64,000 nt of DNA from Dicyema japonicum (taxonomy: Eukaryota; Animalia; Dicyemida), in NCBI GenBank assembly GCA_011109175.1, contig RDEW01000008.1, positions 1,493,447 to 1,557,446 of the forward strand, given 5' to 3'. Position 1 is the first letter of the stretch. Each line of letters begins with the position of its first letter. The position numbers were made by a program, and so were the translations under genes. This document shows, in pieces, positions 49,390-61,224 of the stretch. The notes below the pieces were generated by a model that had not been told where the DNA came from, did no database searches, and worked only from the letters and a program-made list of their open reading frames with translations.

Positions 49390-49860
49390 TAAATAGTTCT
49401 TCTATGGACAATACCAAGAAAGGAGTAAACCAACTAATTAAGTGATCCCGGTATCGAGAAGTTTTTCCTATGTTCCTCCAGAGTACCCACGGCTTTCCTG
49501 AATAGACGACGATCATCTTTCATTAGAGTTTGAAGAGGGATAGGTTTTTTCCCCAAATTTCGTGTATTTGAGGCCTCTAGCCTTGAATGGAAGAAACGAC
49601 TTGTTTCTTGACCACACAGACCGATTAAGCCGGAGCCGTTATTTTTGATTGCGGTGTGGTCAAGCATTGGGAGGAAAAGATCGGGGGTAGATTTGTTATG
49701 CGCTGTCGTCTTGTTCAATCAACTTCTAAAACCGACGGTAGAGTATGCTTGTGCCTCATGGGCCTATGGAGCTTCAATATCCAATTCATACAAGATCAAC
49801 TCCCTAACAGGCAAACTTGCACGTCTAACAAAATCTACCCCTCGATCTTTCCCCCCATGC
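49390..49860 (-). mobile_element. 5'-truncated copy of the 235-3480 LINE 3' end
   Basis: High identity to 270-700; tail gggatcacttaattagttggtttactcc. Confidence 0.85.
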
Positions 49861-49879
49861 TTATTAAATTAAAAAAGTA

Positions 49880-50302
49880 CTGCCGAGTAAACATAAAATT
49901 AGTTAGTTTCCCTTGTGCAGTATTCCGAATCATCCTCTCCGTCAGCTTCGACCATGATCTTCTGTTGCGCACTAGTTCTCCTAAGTAGTCCAGATCGTCC
50001 GCCATTTCCATTATAATATCAGATGATGTCTACACCCTTGTAACGTAGTGAATCAGGTCCTGATGAACTGCAAATCCGAGACCATAATGTCGGCAGGCCA
50101 ACGGGAGGATAAAAAGGTGGAATTTTCCAAACAGTTCTTTACATTGTAGGGTCGTATTTGTCTCTTGTAAACAGCAGGCAGAGACGTCATATTTGGTTAG
50201 ATCGCATACCAGTTGGTGTTTCTTGTAAGGTTGTTTAAGTCCTCTGCAATTGAAAGATCCCAGAGTGAACGGAGAAGTCGTTAAGGAATACGAATAAGAC
50301 AT
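49880..50302 (-). mobile_element. RTE-like APE fragment
   Basis: SFNCRGLKQPYKKHQLVCDLTKYDVSACCLQET..YGLGFAV. Confidence 0.75.
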
Positions 50303-50470
50303 AGTGCAATAGAGGTGTCGTCACCACCCTAATGCTTGAAAAAATATTTTTGTTATTAAATAAGCAAATTCCTTGAGATTGTGTTTAATATTAGATATAT
50401 TTAGTAATAATCGTGACTATTATTTATTTAAAGTGATAATTAATTTCAAATAATAAACGTGTAAGGTGTA

Positions 50471-51484
50471 ATGGCAGATAACACAACATATGACCATATG
50501 TTACTATCGATGGCTCAAAACATAGAAGGAAATGTTGAATCGGTACAATCATCATCACTTATTTAGTTTATTGATGTCATCTTTTCTTTTCTTAGACGAA
50601 AGACTGACTTTTTTAATGCAAAGCAGATGGCTTTTAATGTATTTCTTATTATTATTCAGATGGTTAACAAATATATGGAAAAACATGCTGAAATTGCCAA
50701 TCGACAAAATCATGATATAAATGTCTCTAAAAAGGAGGAAAAACCAACTATTAAGGAAGAGCCTATAAAGGAGTTGACGGATGAGGAGTGTGAGAGACTC
50801 GCACGCGGAGATAAAGGTTATAATTATATTAAATCAGAAAATAATGAAAAATTGGTAGAACTACCACAGGAAGAGGATGACGATGGTAAACTGAAGCCAA
50901 ATGCCGGAAATGGAGCAACTCTGGAAAATTATTCGTGGACCCAGACTCTTGAAGATGTAGAGGTGAGAATATTGTAATATGGTAGTTATCGGTTCCTATT
51001 AAAACTGAGAGAAAACTGCGTTCAAAAGACATAACGGTGAAATTATCAAAGAGACGATTGGTTTTGGGATTAAAAGGGAGTGAAATGATAATAGATGGTG
51101 AACTTTATGGGGACATAAACACTGATAATTCCACGTGGATGTTTGATCCTTCTGCGAATACAGTGACAGTATCTATATGTAAAGTGAACAAAATGGAGTG
51201 GTGGAGTCGGCTTGTAACGACAGATCGTGAAATAAACACACAGAAAGTAAACCCAGAGAACTCAAAGGTGGTGTAGTGAAATATCATAATAGTTGAGTGA
51301 TTTGGACTCTGAGACTAGGAGTGTGGTGGAGAAGATGATGTTCGACCAACGACAGAAGGAGATGGGATTGCCTACTTCTGAAGATCAGAAAAAACAGGAT
51401 GTCCTCAATAAGTAATGTTTATCATAATAATGATTTATGGCACAACATCCAGAAATGGATTTCTCTAAGTGCAAGTTCTCTTGA
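50471..51484 (+). CDS. NUDC: Nuclear migration protein NudC
   Basis: [18 protein letters not shown]; [12 protein letters not shown]; [28 protein letters not shown]; [16 protein letters not shown]. Confidence 0.95.
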
Positions 51485-52229
51485 TGGTTTTTTTCCCAAT
51501 CAAACGTTTTGTTATTCAAAAGTGTTATAAACTAGTAAGCAACTATAGGAGGACTTTTAATCCTTTAGCGGATGAAACCAGGTTGATTTTAGGACTTAAA
51601 TCATGTTCTCCCTGCGTTCCATTGGATCGCTGATAGTAAAGAGGATGAGGGACAATCGAGAAAAGGGATGGCTGATTGAGGGAATTTACATACACATTGT
51701 AAGTAGGAATGCGCTACCAATCACTAGAGCTGCTTTTCCCATAATTCCGAGAAATTTGAAGCGCAATCTCCTCAAGGTGGGCAATCATCGAGAGCGGCGT
51801 TATTTCCGTGAACGATTGTTCGTGGCAATGCTTACTGTCTCTTGGCAACTTGTGTCTGATTTATTTCTTTTGTCTAACAATCAATTTGATTACTAAGTTA
51901 CAAGCATTATTTTTGCTGTTTTAGCTTATCAGTGGTATCTTTTTAAACAACATTTTTATTGTTGTGTTATCTCCATTTTATGATTCTAAATTACTTATAA
52001 GATAGTCTAATTTTTTTTCGTATCGCCATTTTGGAATTTTTGTTTTATAAATTCATAAATACAAAACATTTTCCGACTATGGCTATTTCAGAGACTATAC
52101 TATGAGTTTTTTAGTTATGATTTAAATTCGTTAAAAATTGAAAATCTTGTTGCGTCGATTTTTAACGATTTTTAATTTAATACTTAAAATCATTAAAATT
52201 TAGTCTCCAAATGACGATTAAATTTTTAA

Positions 52230-53375
52230 ACCTACTTTATTTCTCTCTGAATGGAGATGGTATCTTGATATCTGTACAGAAGGCGAATAAACCAAGAGCT
52301 AAGGCGGAGAACCTCCGTCCAGTAATATTAATGAATTCACTTCGGAAAATTCTGGCGAACATAACATTACAAAGGATGGAAGGACGCCTAGATACTTTTC
52401 TGTCGCTATACCACAGCGGATTCCGAAAAGGAAGATCTACTTCCGATGTTTTGTGGTCCCACAAGTGGAGATCTGCGGCCGTTCAAAAGTTCAAAATGTC
52501 TACAACCATCCTCGGAATCGACATTTCGAGGGCCTTCGACTCTGTCGACAGACGGAGGTTCTGAGGAAAGTTTCCTAGACGCTTCCACTGTCAGAATGGC
52601 CACTATCCTCCTAGCTGATACTTGGCTCACTGTAAGAGTCGGGGGAGCCTTGTCTCGCCAATTTGAGACGACTGTTGGCACTCCACAGGGAGACCCGTTA
52701 TCACCTATCCTTTTTGTCATATACCTTGAAGCTGCTTTACGGGAATCGAAACCGATAATGGGTAAAAAGACAAACACTATTGCGTATGCTGACGACGTAG
52801 ACTTTATTTCAAATGACAAAATATCTGGAAGACAAGCCGAATGGTTCCTAACAGTAAATCCGAACAAGAATGAGGAAACAAGGACGGAGGAGCACTGCCG
52901 CAAGTGCAAAAAACTTGGCTCCTTCCTAGGATACCATGAAGACATTACAAAAAGGAAAACCTTAGCACAAACTGCCCTTTCCAGACTGAAGAACACCTGG
53001 CTCCACAAAAAGGGCCTTGACATTATAACAAAAACTCGATTATAAAACTCGCTAGTGAAACCCTTACTACTGTATAACACTGGTACCTGGGCCTGCTCAA
53101 GAAATGAACTGAAGAGACTTAATGCGTTTCATAGAGACCAACTACGTCATATAATGTTCGAAAGAAGTGATTCGAAGATATCATCTAATCTTCTTTATAA
53201 GAGGACGAAGACCTCAGAAATTTCTAATGAGATTCTAGATACACGATGGAGGCTTTTCGGGGATATTTTTCGACTGGACCTAGATGCCCTCGCCAACGTA
53301 GCCATGGAGGATTACTTCATGTTGGATGCCCCCCGTTTCCGTAGTCTCCCAAGGACGACACTGGTTAATAAATAA
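52230..53375 (+). mobile_element. RTE-like RT fragment
   Basis: ENLRPVILMNSLRK; GIDISRAFDSV; GTPQGDPLSP; YADDVDF. Confidence 0.85.
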
Positions 53376-53639
53376 ATAATAATAATTAAAAAACACAAAA
53401 ATCAATCAAAAATGATCTCCGTTGACATGATCGACATAATGTGATCTCATAGAATCCTATTTTATTTATAACATATTACGAGTTATTTTAATTTTCTCAG
53501 TCCATGTCACAGATTAACTCAGTAAGTTAAATTTTTTCGTTTTTTACTTTTCATTTCAACTGACGTATGTCTTATATTATAGAGTTGTTAGTTTTTTTTT
53601 AATTAACTTAAATTTGGACGAATGTCTTGAAGATCGAGG

Positions 53640-53900
53640 TTTTTTCGGAAAAGAGCATCCAAAATCATGGAACGCTGGATTTCTGGAGAGTTCAGCTACC
53701 ACTGCCACTTTAAGCCTTGATACGGATGAACCATGGAACGCGCCGTCGTGACTTCTAATATCCAGTAACTTGACCGATAAGTGCTTGTGTGGGGTTGAAG
53801 GAGGAGCATCGGGCCAAAATGAGGTCCCTGATAGAGCGTGCTGGGATCACGTAATTAGTTAGTTTGTGTAACCGTGATCTCTGGTGTTATTATTATTTAA
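53640..53900 (+). mobile_element. LINE 3' end ending RAGIT* with (TAT)n tail
   Basis: gctgggatcacgtaattagttagtttgtg...ggtgttattattattt. Confidence 0.7.
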
Positions 53901-54028
53901 AAAAAAGAAAAAAGGTTCAACACTGTAATGTTTATTTTAGTTTAATCGAAAAAAGGTTCAATACTGTAATGTTTATTTTAGTTTAACCGTTATTCATAGT
54001 ACATAAGCAAATTCTTAGGTTTGAGCTT

Positions 54029-54084
54029 AGAAATAATAATAACACCAGAGACCACAGATACACAAACTAAAAAATCACGTGATC
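54029..54084 (-). mobile_element. 56-bp tail-only retro-insertion with 15-bp TSD
   Basis: TSD cttaggtttgagctt at 54014-54028 and 54085-54099; insert is the reverse complement of gatcacgtgattttttagtttgtg...ggtgttattattatttct. Confidence 0.8.
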
Positions 54085-54129
54085 CTTAGGTTTGAGCTTG
54101 ATATATGTAATTTTTAAAGAATTTTATTA

Positions 54130-55285
54130 ATTTTAGGTATTTTTGTCACCGGGACAGAGTGGGTTCAGAAAGGACGCTCGACCGCAGATGCTGTTTGGTC
54201 CCACAGGTGGATATGTGCTATGTGTCAACGATACAGGAGTGATTTTAAGATTTTGGGAGTGGTCATGTCCAGTGCGTTTGACACTGTTAACAGAAAAACA
54301 TTGTTGGACGTTGCTGGGAGTTTTCTTGACGAGGATGACACAAGACTTGTCCGTTTCCTATTACAAACACTGAATTAACTGTACGAGTTGAGAACACAAC
54401 ATCGAAGCATTTCGGGACAACATTTGGAATGCCTCAGGAGACTCTATCTCCGGTTCTATTCGTCGTATACCTGGAAGCGGCATTGATAGCTCTTAGAACA
54501 AAATGTGAAGGATGCATGTCGATGGAAGTTATATATGCAGATGACATAGATTTTGTGTCAGAAAATGATCTGGAACTTGGATTTACTTTAGATAAATTCC
54601 TGGAGAATTTAAGAATTGGTCTCTGCGAGTTAATCAGAAAAAGACTGAACACATAAGAATCACAAGGGAATTAAAATATTTTGATGAAAATTGGGATCCT
54701 TACTTGGTGATAGTGAGTACATGATGTATAGAAGAGTTCTAGCCATGTATAATAAAATGCAGAAGATATGGAGTCGACTAAAACTAATAAAAGCAAATCT
54801 AAGAATAAGACTATACAACGCATATATAAAGCCGGTGCTTATCTACAACTCGGGTACATGGGGGTCATAGAGCTCAAGAAAATGGATATATTTCATCGAA
54901 AACAATTACGCAATTTAATGGGCCTAGGTTGGCCCAACAAAAATTTCAAATAAGAAATTATACTTTGTGGCACAATTGAGGCCAATAAGCATCGACATTA
55001 TTGAATCAAGATGGAGACTGTTTGGGCATGTGCTTAGAATCGACATAAACACCCTTGAAAATACAATAATGGAAAATTACTTTAACAATGAGAACAAACC
55101 ATCTTTCAGAGGATGACCCAGAGTCACTCTACCCGTGCTTTTGAACAAGGATCTTAATGGAATTGAAGAAAACTTAAATCTGCAGAAGACCTAAAAGATC
55201 TAAGGACAGATGCGCAAAGCAGAGGGCGATGGAGATGCCTAGTGAAGCAGATTTTAAACTTGTGGCACAAACGGGACCTTAGTTA
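54130..55285 (+). mobile_element. Degenerate RTE-like 3' half
   Basis: SPGQSGFRK; LSPVLFVVYLEAAL; YADDIDF; RWRLFGHVLR. Confidence 0.8.
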
Positions 55286-55289
55286 ATAT

Positions 55290-55603
55290 TTATTTATTAA
55301 CCTCGATACACCGAGAAAGAAGTTAAAGTAAACAACTAATTAAGTGTATCCAGTTTCCACAGAAACAGAGTCTATCCGGAATCAACATAAGGATGAAGGA
55401 CGTCCATAGTTGCAGTTGTGGAAACCCCTCCAGTGGAGTCGGGGACAGCAAATGATCCTTTTTCGTGCCGGCCTGGTACTGGGCGCCACCTAGACAGGTG
55501 GATCACATGATGCCACTCTAATAGGAAGAGAGGAGGAACAGATGAACAAACAGAAACTTCAACCAATTAGCCACGAAGCACATCATGGCACCACGCGGCT
55601 ATT
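55290..55603 (-). mobile_element. ~310-bp non-autonomous retroposon
   Basis: Reverse-complement copy of 28211-28528; pseudoknot at 55453-55514. Confidence 0.85.
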
Positions 55604-55641
55604 CCACAATTTTTCGTACTTTGGTTCTGTGAATGCTTTTT

Positions 55642-56225
55642 AGTTAGTTAAGTAACCCCAGCCTCACTAACTTGTAGGAGGCCAGCAGCTATTAAGTAGG
55701 ACGCAGCAGATGTTGGTCGCTTCCATAGATCGGTCAGTTCCGGCATTGTGGAGAAACGTTGTGCCAATTCATGACATTCAAATAGGTGATTTGTTGTCAA
55801 CACGTGGAGGTTGCAAAAGGGACAGAGAATATCATATGTTGATAGATATGGGTGGTGCCCACATCATAGACGAGCCAGATTTACTCAGACGTCCTTCGGA
55901 AGAGAAGATTCTGATTGTTTTATAGGAGAAGGGGGTCGCTTTAGTATTTTATTGTCTCCGAATCTTTGGATGCTTCTCGTAGAAACAAAATAGTGTATCT
56001 GTTTCAGACGACTCCTGTCATTGGGCTGAAGGGATGGATAATAACATTCGAGACATGTCACTGGTTGACATAATAATTTTCCTTTTGTTTTGCGGTTTAC
56101 ATAGAGTGGCAGGGATGTTCTAGGCTGTAGGCTTGGGAGAGGAACTGCAGAGCTCTCATCTCCAGATGGTTTCCAATTGGGAGGATCTTTGACTCCCAAT
56201 GTAAATGATCAACAGGAGTTGAAAG
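55642..56225 (-). mobile_element. ~580-bp 3' unit of the 34551-35659 family, possible 8-bp TSD
   Basis: High identity to 35104-35659; tgcttttt at 55634-55641 and 56226-56233. Confidence 0.85.
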
Positions 56226-56315
56226 TGCTTTTTGATAATTTATTTTATTTATTTATTTAACCCCAAGACCACCAGGAAAGATAGGTCAAAATTAACTAAT
56301 TAGGTGATCCCAGCT

Positions 56316-56636
56316 GGTGGCTTAGTGGTTAGGTGTCGGGCTTAAGTGGCTTAGGCTACGGGTTCGAATCTCGCTGCTGTTTACCTGGTGGAAGGTTCCA
56401 CGCATCTACGATGCAGAAAGGGTTTGACGAGTGACGCCGTCATCAGTGATACTCACTGCGGAACTGGATTGTCTAGAAAGGACACTCACACAAGAAAAAG
56501 AACAAAAAGAAGTGAAGATCATTCCTTGGTTCTACGATTAGTTAAAATTAACTGTTCTTTACTTAAATAAAGTGTGTGTCCTGCCTATGCGGAGCTATAA
56601 ATACTATGGCTCTCGTGAAAAGGCTTTATTATTATT
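56316..56636 (+). mobile_element. Full-length tRNA-derived SINE with 17-bp TSD
   Basis: A-box tggcttagtgg 56318-56328; B-box ggttcgaatc 56361-56370; (TAT)n tail; TSD attaggtgatcccagct at 56299-56315 and 56637-56653. Confidence 0.9.
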
Positions 56637-59367
56637 ATTAGGTGATCCCAGCTTCCAGCAACATCCAAACTCTCTTCAATTGGTCTTCTGATGATCCAAT
56701 CGCACTCCGGAAGCGTCTTTTCTTGCTTCTGCAAAGGAATTCGATCGGTGTGCACTTTTTTATTACCGACCGAAATTCCTCTGCATGGGACACCTTTTCC
56801 TAAAATGGGTTTCCCAGTTCCTTGCAGAAACGTAGGAAACCTTGGCCATTTTCAACGTTGCCTCATCAGAAACGAGGTCGCCAATGGGGATGTCCGTGCG
56901 GTGCATAATTCTCTTCCTGAGGGAGTTCAAACGGTCTACTCTCGAAAGGGGAATCGCAAACCTCCAGGCGGAGCAGGAAAATTCAATGGTCGGTATGATT
57001 ACTTGTTGATAGACTTTGCTGATGCAATCGGCCGGGGGAAAGGGCTTTCTTTATCATCGCATTCAGAATGCTCCATTTCCGAAGACCCTTGGCGAGCACC
57101 TCCTCTACGTGACTCGAGAACGTCAACAGAGAGTCGAAAACTACACCAAGGATCTTCTGGGTCCGCGTAGAAGGGATGGGAGTGTTTCCGATGGATATCT
57201 CAAGCCCACCTTTAAACCTTCTGTTTGTAGTGAATAATGTGAACTGAGACTTGGATGCTGATACACATAACGTATTTGCAGATAGCCAGTCACAAATTCG
57301 GTTTAGGTGTGTCTGAACAGTTGCTACAGCCATGGAAGGAGATTTATTTCTTGCAGTGATGATTAGGTCGTCCGCATAGGATAGTAACATAGTGTCCTGG
57401 TCATTGGTAGTAGGTAGGTCATGTAGAAATAGGTTGAAAAGGAGCGGAGATAAAGGTGAGCCTTGCGGACTCCATTGGGAGTAGTCTTGATTTTGAAGTG
57501 GTTTTGTCAATACGGACCCTTCCGCGTCGTCCAGTTAAGAAGTTTTCCAGCCATAGCTTGATGTTTGGGTGTAAGTTCGAGTTAAAAATCTTTTGCGTTA
57601 GGAGTTTCCTCGGAACAGAGTCAAAGGCCTTCTGTATGTCGGATGGATACTAAGGCCGTCCGTAAGTGTGTTTTCATGTTGAAGCCGTCAGTAATAAACT
57701 GGGAGATAGAACCCAAATGAGTCGTTGTAGAACGGTCTGCCCTGAAACCATGTTGAAACTCTGGTAGATGTAGAACAGGAGAGATGCGCATTAACACAAG
57801 CTTTTCCAGTACTTTTGATAAAACACAAGTTATCGAGATGAAGCGGTAAGAAGAGGGAACGTCTTTTGGTTTTCTGGGTTTTAGGATTGGCGTAATCAGG
57901 GAGTTTTTCCATATATTAGGTAGCGTATGGTAGTTGATCGAGTCGTTGTACAGTCTTGATAGTATGGCCCGTGCCTGAAGTCCAAGATGTTTGAGGTGAA
58001 TAGTGCATATACCGTCGGGACCACAAGCACGAGTGGGACGTAGCAATTTAATAACCTTTTCAACATCATCGGGGGTGAAGAAAATGGAATATGGATCTTG
58101 TTGTGGCCGGCGCCGTTCAACAAGTGTAGAACGAGAAAAAATTTTATGGCTGATCGATACGTAGTACTTCATAATCTTGTTTGCGAGTTGCGTGCGGGTT
58201 CCAAAGCGTCGCGGGTAACGGCCTCAGCTCCGCGGTCCTCCTCATTGATAAGGCTATTGATCCTTCTTAGTGTTTTCCAAAATGTGGCACAAGAGTTTTT
58301 GTGACATAGTCGTCCAACTAGGCGGCTCCATTTGAGTCTGTTGTTAGTTCGGATATGCTCAAATAATTTGGTATTCAGTGAACGTATGGAGTAGAAGGAG
58401 TTATTAGTCTGTGTTTTATTTCTCTCTCCAGCGCATCTCGTTTCTTGATGAGTGACACAATTTGCGATGATAATCTTAGATTGAACTTCTTGTAAGAGGC
58501 GACAGGTATAAATAGTTTATCAGCTTTCAGAATAATAGCGGACAGAATCTTTGCCGTCTCCTCTACTGTGCAATTAATCATAGTAAGGTCAAGGAGACTA
58601 TTGTCCACATACGTCCTGAAACCATGCCAGTCGCCTTTCAAGTAATTTTTGAACTTTGTAGAACAACACGGTGAACAAATAGGCCTTCTAAGTCTCAACA
58701 CAATGGGGTTATGGTCGCTTGAGAAACCATAACGAACATTCCATAAAATACATCCAGTCATAGAGAGAGAGCAGAGGGACAGGTCCGAGGATGTTGGAAT
58801 GTCCCTTCTGCGGTCGGGGTCCTTGTGTGAGCGTCTGGGTCATTGAGGATAGTCAAAACATTAAGTAAGGAAAGGATGTACTCGCCGCGACTGTCGGCTG
58901 ATTGTGTTCGAGAGCCAGAGTGGATGTTTGGCATTTAGGTCTCCGCATAGTAGCAGATCCTTTAGTCCACACAGGCTCAATAGGTTGGGGATGTAGGAAG
59001 TAGTACATGACTCCTGAGGCGGGATATAGACATTACATAATGTAAAACATCTCGTCGAAGAAAAAAGAACTTCAATAGAAATCTGTTCCAGAATAAGATC
59101 CCCTTCGCAGAGAGAAGATACAGAAGGGGTGACATCCGTGAATTTAAGTCCATCCTTAATGATAGCCAATAATTCTCTCCCGAGACTTCTTGTTCGGTCC
59201 TGCAAAATACACAATGTCCATGGAAACAAGGTGTTGGGGACTTTATAGAGAGCTTCGATTCTTGGAAGAGGCAATGTCCACTCTCAAATGGGATAAGAGA
59301 GATCGTAATCCAATACTTTATTGCGGATTCCATTTACATTTAGTTGTGGAATACTCAACGTGCAGTT

Positions 59368-59409
59368 GGGTCCCGGATTAGGTTCTACATCACCAGACAG
59401 AAGTAGTAG
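59368..59409 (-). other. 2A-like StopGo motif LLLLSGDVEPNPGP
   Basis: In ORF 59284-59484, directly followed by APE start (QLNVNGIRNK). Confidence 0.9.
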
Positions 59410-59459
59410 AGAGAAAACGGAGGAGTTGGTAAGCCACCCTTCTAAAGATTCTAATCTTT

Positions 59460-60390
59460 TTATTATTATTATTATTTGAGCCAAAGAAACACCGTCTTAA
59501 CCAATAACTAATATTCAGGTGATCCCGGCATCTCTCAATAATCGGGGCATTTTTCTCGATGCTCCGACCGTGATCCACGCATTTTCTATACGGACGGGGG
59601 TCTTTTTCCTTTCCTCTTCTGAAATTGCCTCCAGTTGCCTCTATGATAGACTCGAGTGCTCTGGGGGCAATTTCTTTATCTGTATATTTTTCTAGTAATT
59701 TTTTTGCTCTTGACTGGATCTCTTGAATTTTTGTTAGGTTCGTTGCCGACAGGTTAGATCCCCATGCAGCACATTTATAGTTTATTGTTGGCTTGACATA
59801 CTGCTTGTAGAGGGTCCCGATACCTGGCGGATAAATTCCTCCACAGTTCCAAAGGAAGACCTTTACAAAATTGATCTTCTTTGCACAGGTTGATATGATA
59901 GATTCCACATGGGCTGAGAAGCAGAGGAAAGTATCAAAAGTTACTCCCAGTATCTTCTGCGATTTCTTTTGTGGTATAGGTACTCCATTTAACGTGACAT
60001 CAATTGTTTGCGTTCCCATCTTTCTATTCTTAGTAAATAGAGTGACTGCTGACTTTTCAGAACGTGCATTTAATCGATTTTCGCACAACCATCCAAATGT
60101 TATTTAGTATTCCTTGTAGTCTTTCTTTAGCATGTTCGACATTTACGTCTCTAGATGCGACAACTATGTCATCGGCATAAGAAAGTAGCATGTCATTATT
60201 ATTCATAGGTACGGGGAGATCACTCAAAAACAAATTAAAAAGGATTGGTGACAGAGGAGATCCTTGGGGTACACCATTGGGTAATAATCCCGATCTGGAA
60301 CTCTTGTTTCCGACGGATACTTTCCCTCGGCGTCCACTTACGAAATTTGCTAACCATAACTTTAATGATGCATCAATTTTTGTCAAAAAT
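59460..60390 (-). mobile_element. 5'-truncated Ingi/Vingi-like LINE (RT 3' half)
   Basis: NGVPQGSPLSPILFN, YADDIVV, KILGVTFD; ends DAGIT*. Confidence 0.85.
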
Positions 60391-60612
60391 ATTTTTCGTA
60401 TGAGGATCTTCCTTGGAGTCTTTTGATAATTAATAATAATAATAGGTATAGAAACAATGAGTCTTTTGATAATTAATAATAATAATTAGGTATAGAAACA
60501 AGTTTAATTTTTGTAGTTAATTCAATTATTCAAATAAAAAAAAAAATTCAAAATAATTAAAATTCTTTATTGTTGGCATGTTTAAGGATTAAACACCCAG
60601 GATTTGATTACA

Positions 60613-61224
60613 ATGTCACGTGGAAAACAGGAGACAGATAGACTGCGCAAGAACATTCAAAATCAGTGGGAGAGACTAATGCAGGACTTTAAAGAAATTG
60701 AAGACTCCAGGTGCATCTCTCATATCATCATAGAGATGAACTGGACGAGGAAGAATACAAATCAATGAGGACTGACATTATAGAACAACTCCAGGACTTT
60801 GAAAAATACTTAAAGAACCTCTCAAGAGGGGATCTGACTTTGGTTAACAATTGTGATGCCATGCAATTGGTAGATATTAGACTTACTTTCAGGCAATTCA
60901 GGCAGCAGTGAGCGATGCCTTTTCAACCCCGCAGATAATTCAGATGTTTGCCAACAATGAGACTGTAGATTTGAGGAACAAACTTGAAGAGGTTCGGAGG
61001 GACTCTAAGATTGGTCTTTTAAATAAGAGTACAGCCAATAACCAAATGTTGGAGATACTGAAGGCTTTGAAACAGCTGAATGAGGAATTATCCCCGAAGA
61101 TGAGCTGTTTCTAAAACAGAATATGGGTGACAAGTTTGCTAGGGTTTCTGACAATGGTTAACATTATTTGTTTGATCTGATAGTTTCCGAGGACAAGCTC
61201 ATGCAGAAATCAAAATTATCTTAG
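60613..61224 (+). CDS. LZIC: LZIC (leucine zipper and ICAT-homologous domain protein); one apparent -1 indel in a C-run
   Basis: MSRGKQETDRLRKNI..ELDEEEY..GDLTLVN..MQLAIQAAVSDAFSTPQIIQMFA..EILKALKQL. Confidence 0.9.

Larger units (their letters stand above)
56240..59484 (-). mobile_element. Near full-length Ingi/Vingi-like LINE (2A, APE, RT), interrupted at its stop codon by the SINE
   Basis: CNVYIPP, CGDLNAKHPLW, SDHNPI; FQHGFRADRSTTTHL; QGSPLSPLLFN, YADDL; ends EAGIT*. Confidence 0.9.

Noticed and set aside
51603-51896. 97-aa ORF downstream of NUDC as a host gene
   Set aside because: Contains GNHRERRYFRERLFVAML, the CRE-like C-terminus; a decayed TE fragment
28247-55566. Similar small ORFs containing RWRPVPGRHEKGS (28247, 55372, 9569)
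   Set aside because: They are translations of the same non-coding repeat; starts and stops are not conserved
56316-56385. Possible tRNA gene
   Set aside because: A and B boxes are present but there is no good cloverleaf; it continues into a repeated body with (TAT)n tail and TSD, so it is a SINE
25059-61095. Recurrent single-base frameshifts (RTE, MBTPS2, LZIC, 2A) as programmed frameshifting or RNA editing
   Set aside because: All lie in homopolymer runs in unrelated genes, the typical long-read consensus error; needs polishing before any biological claim
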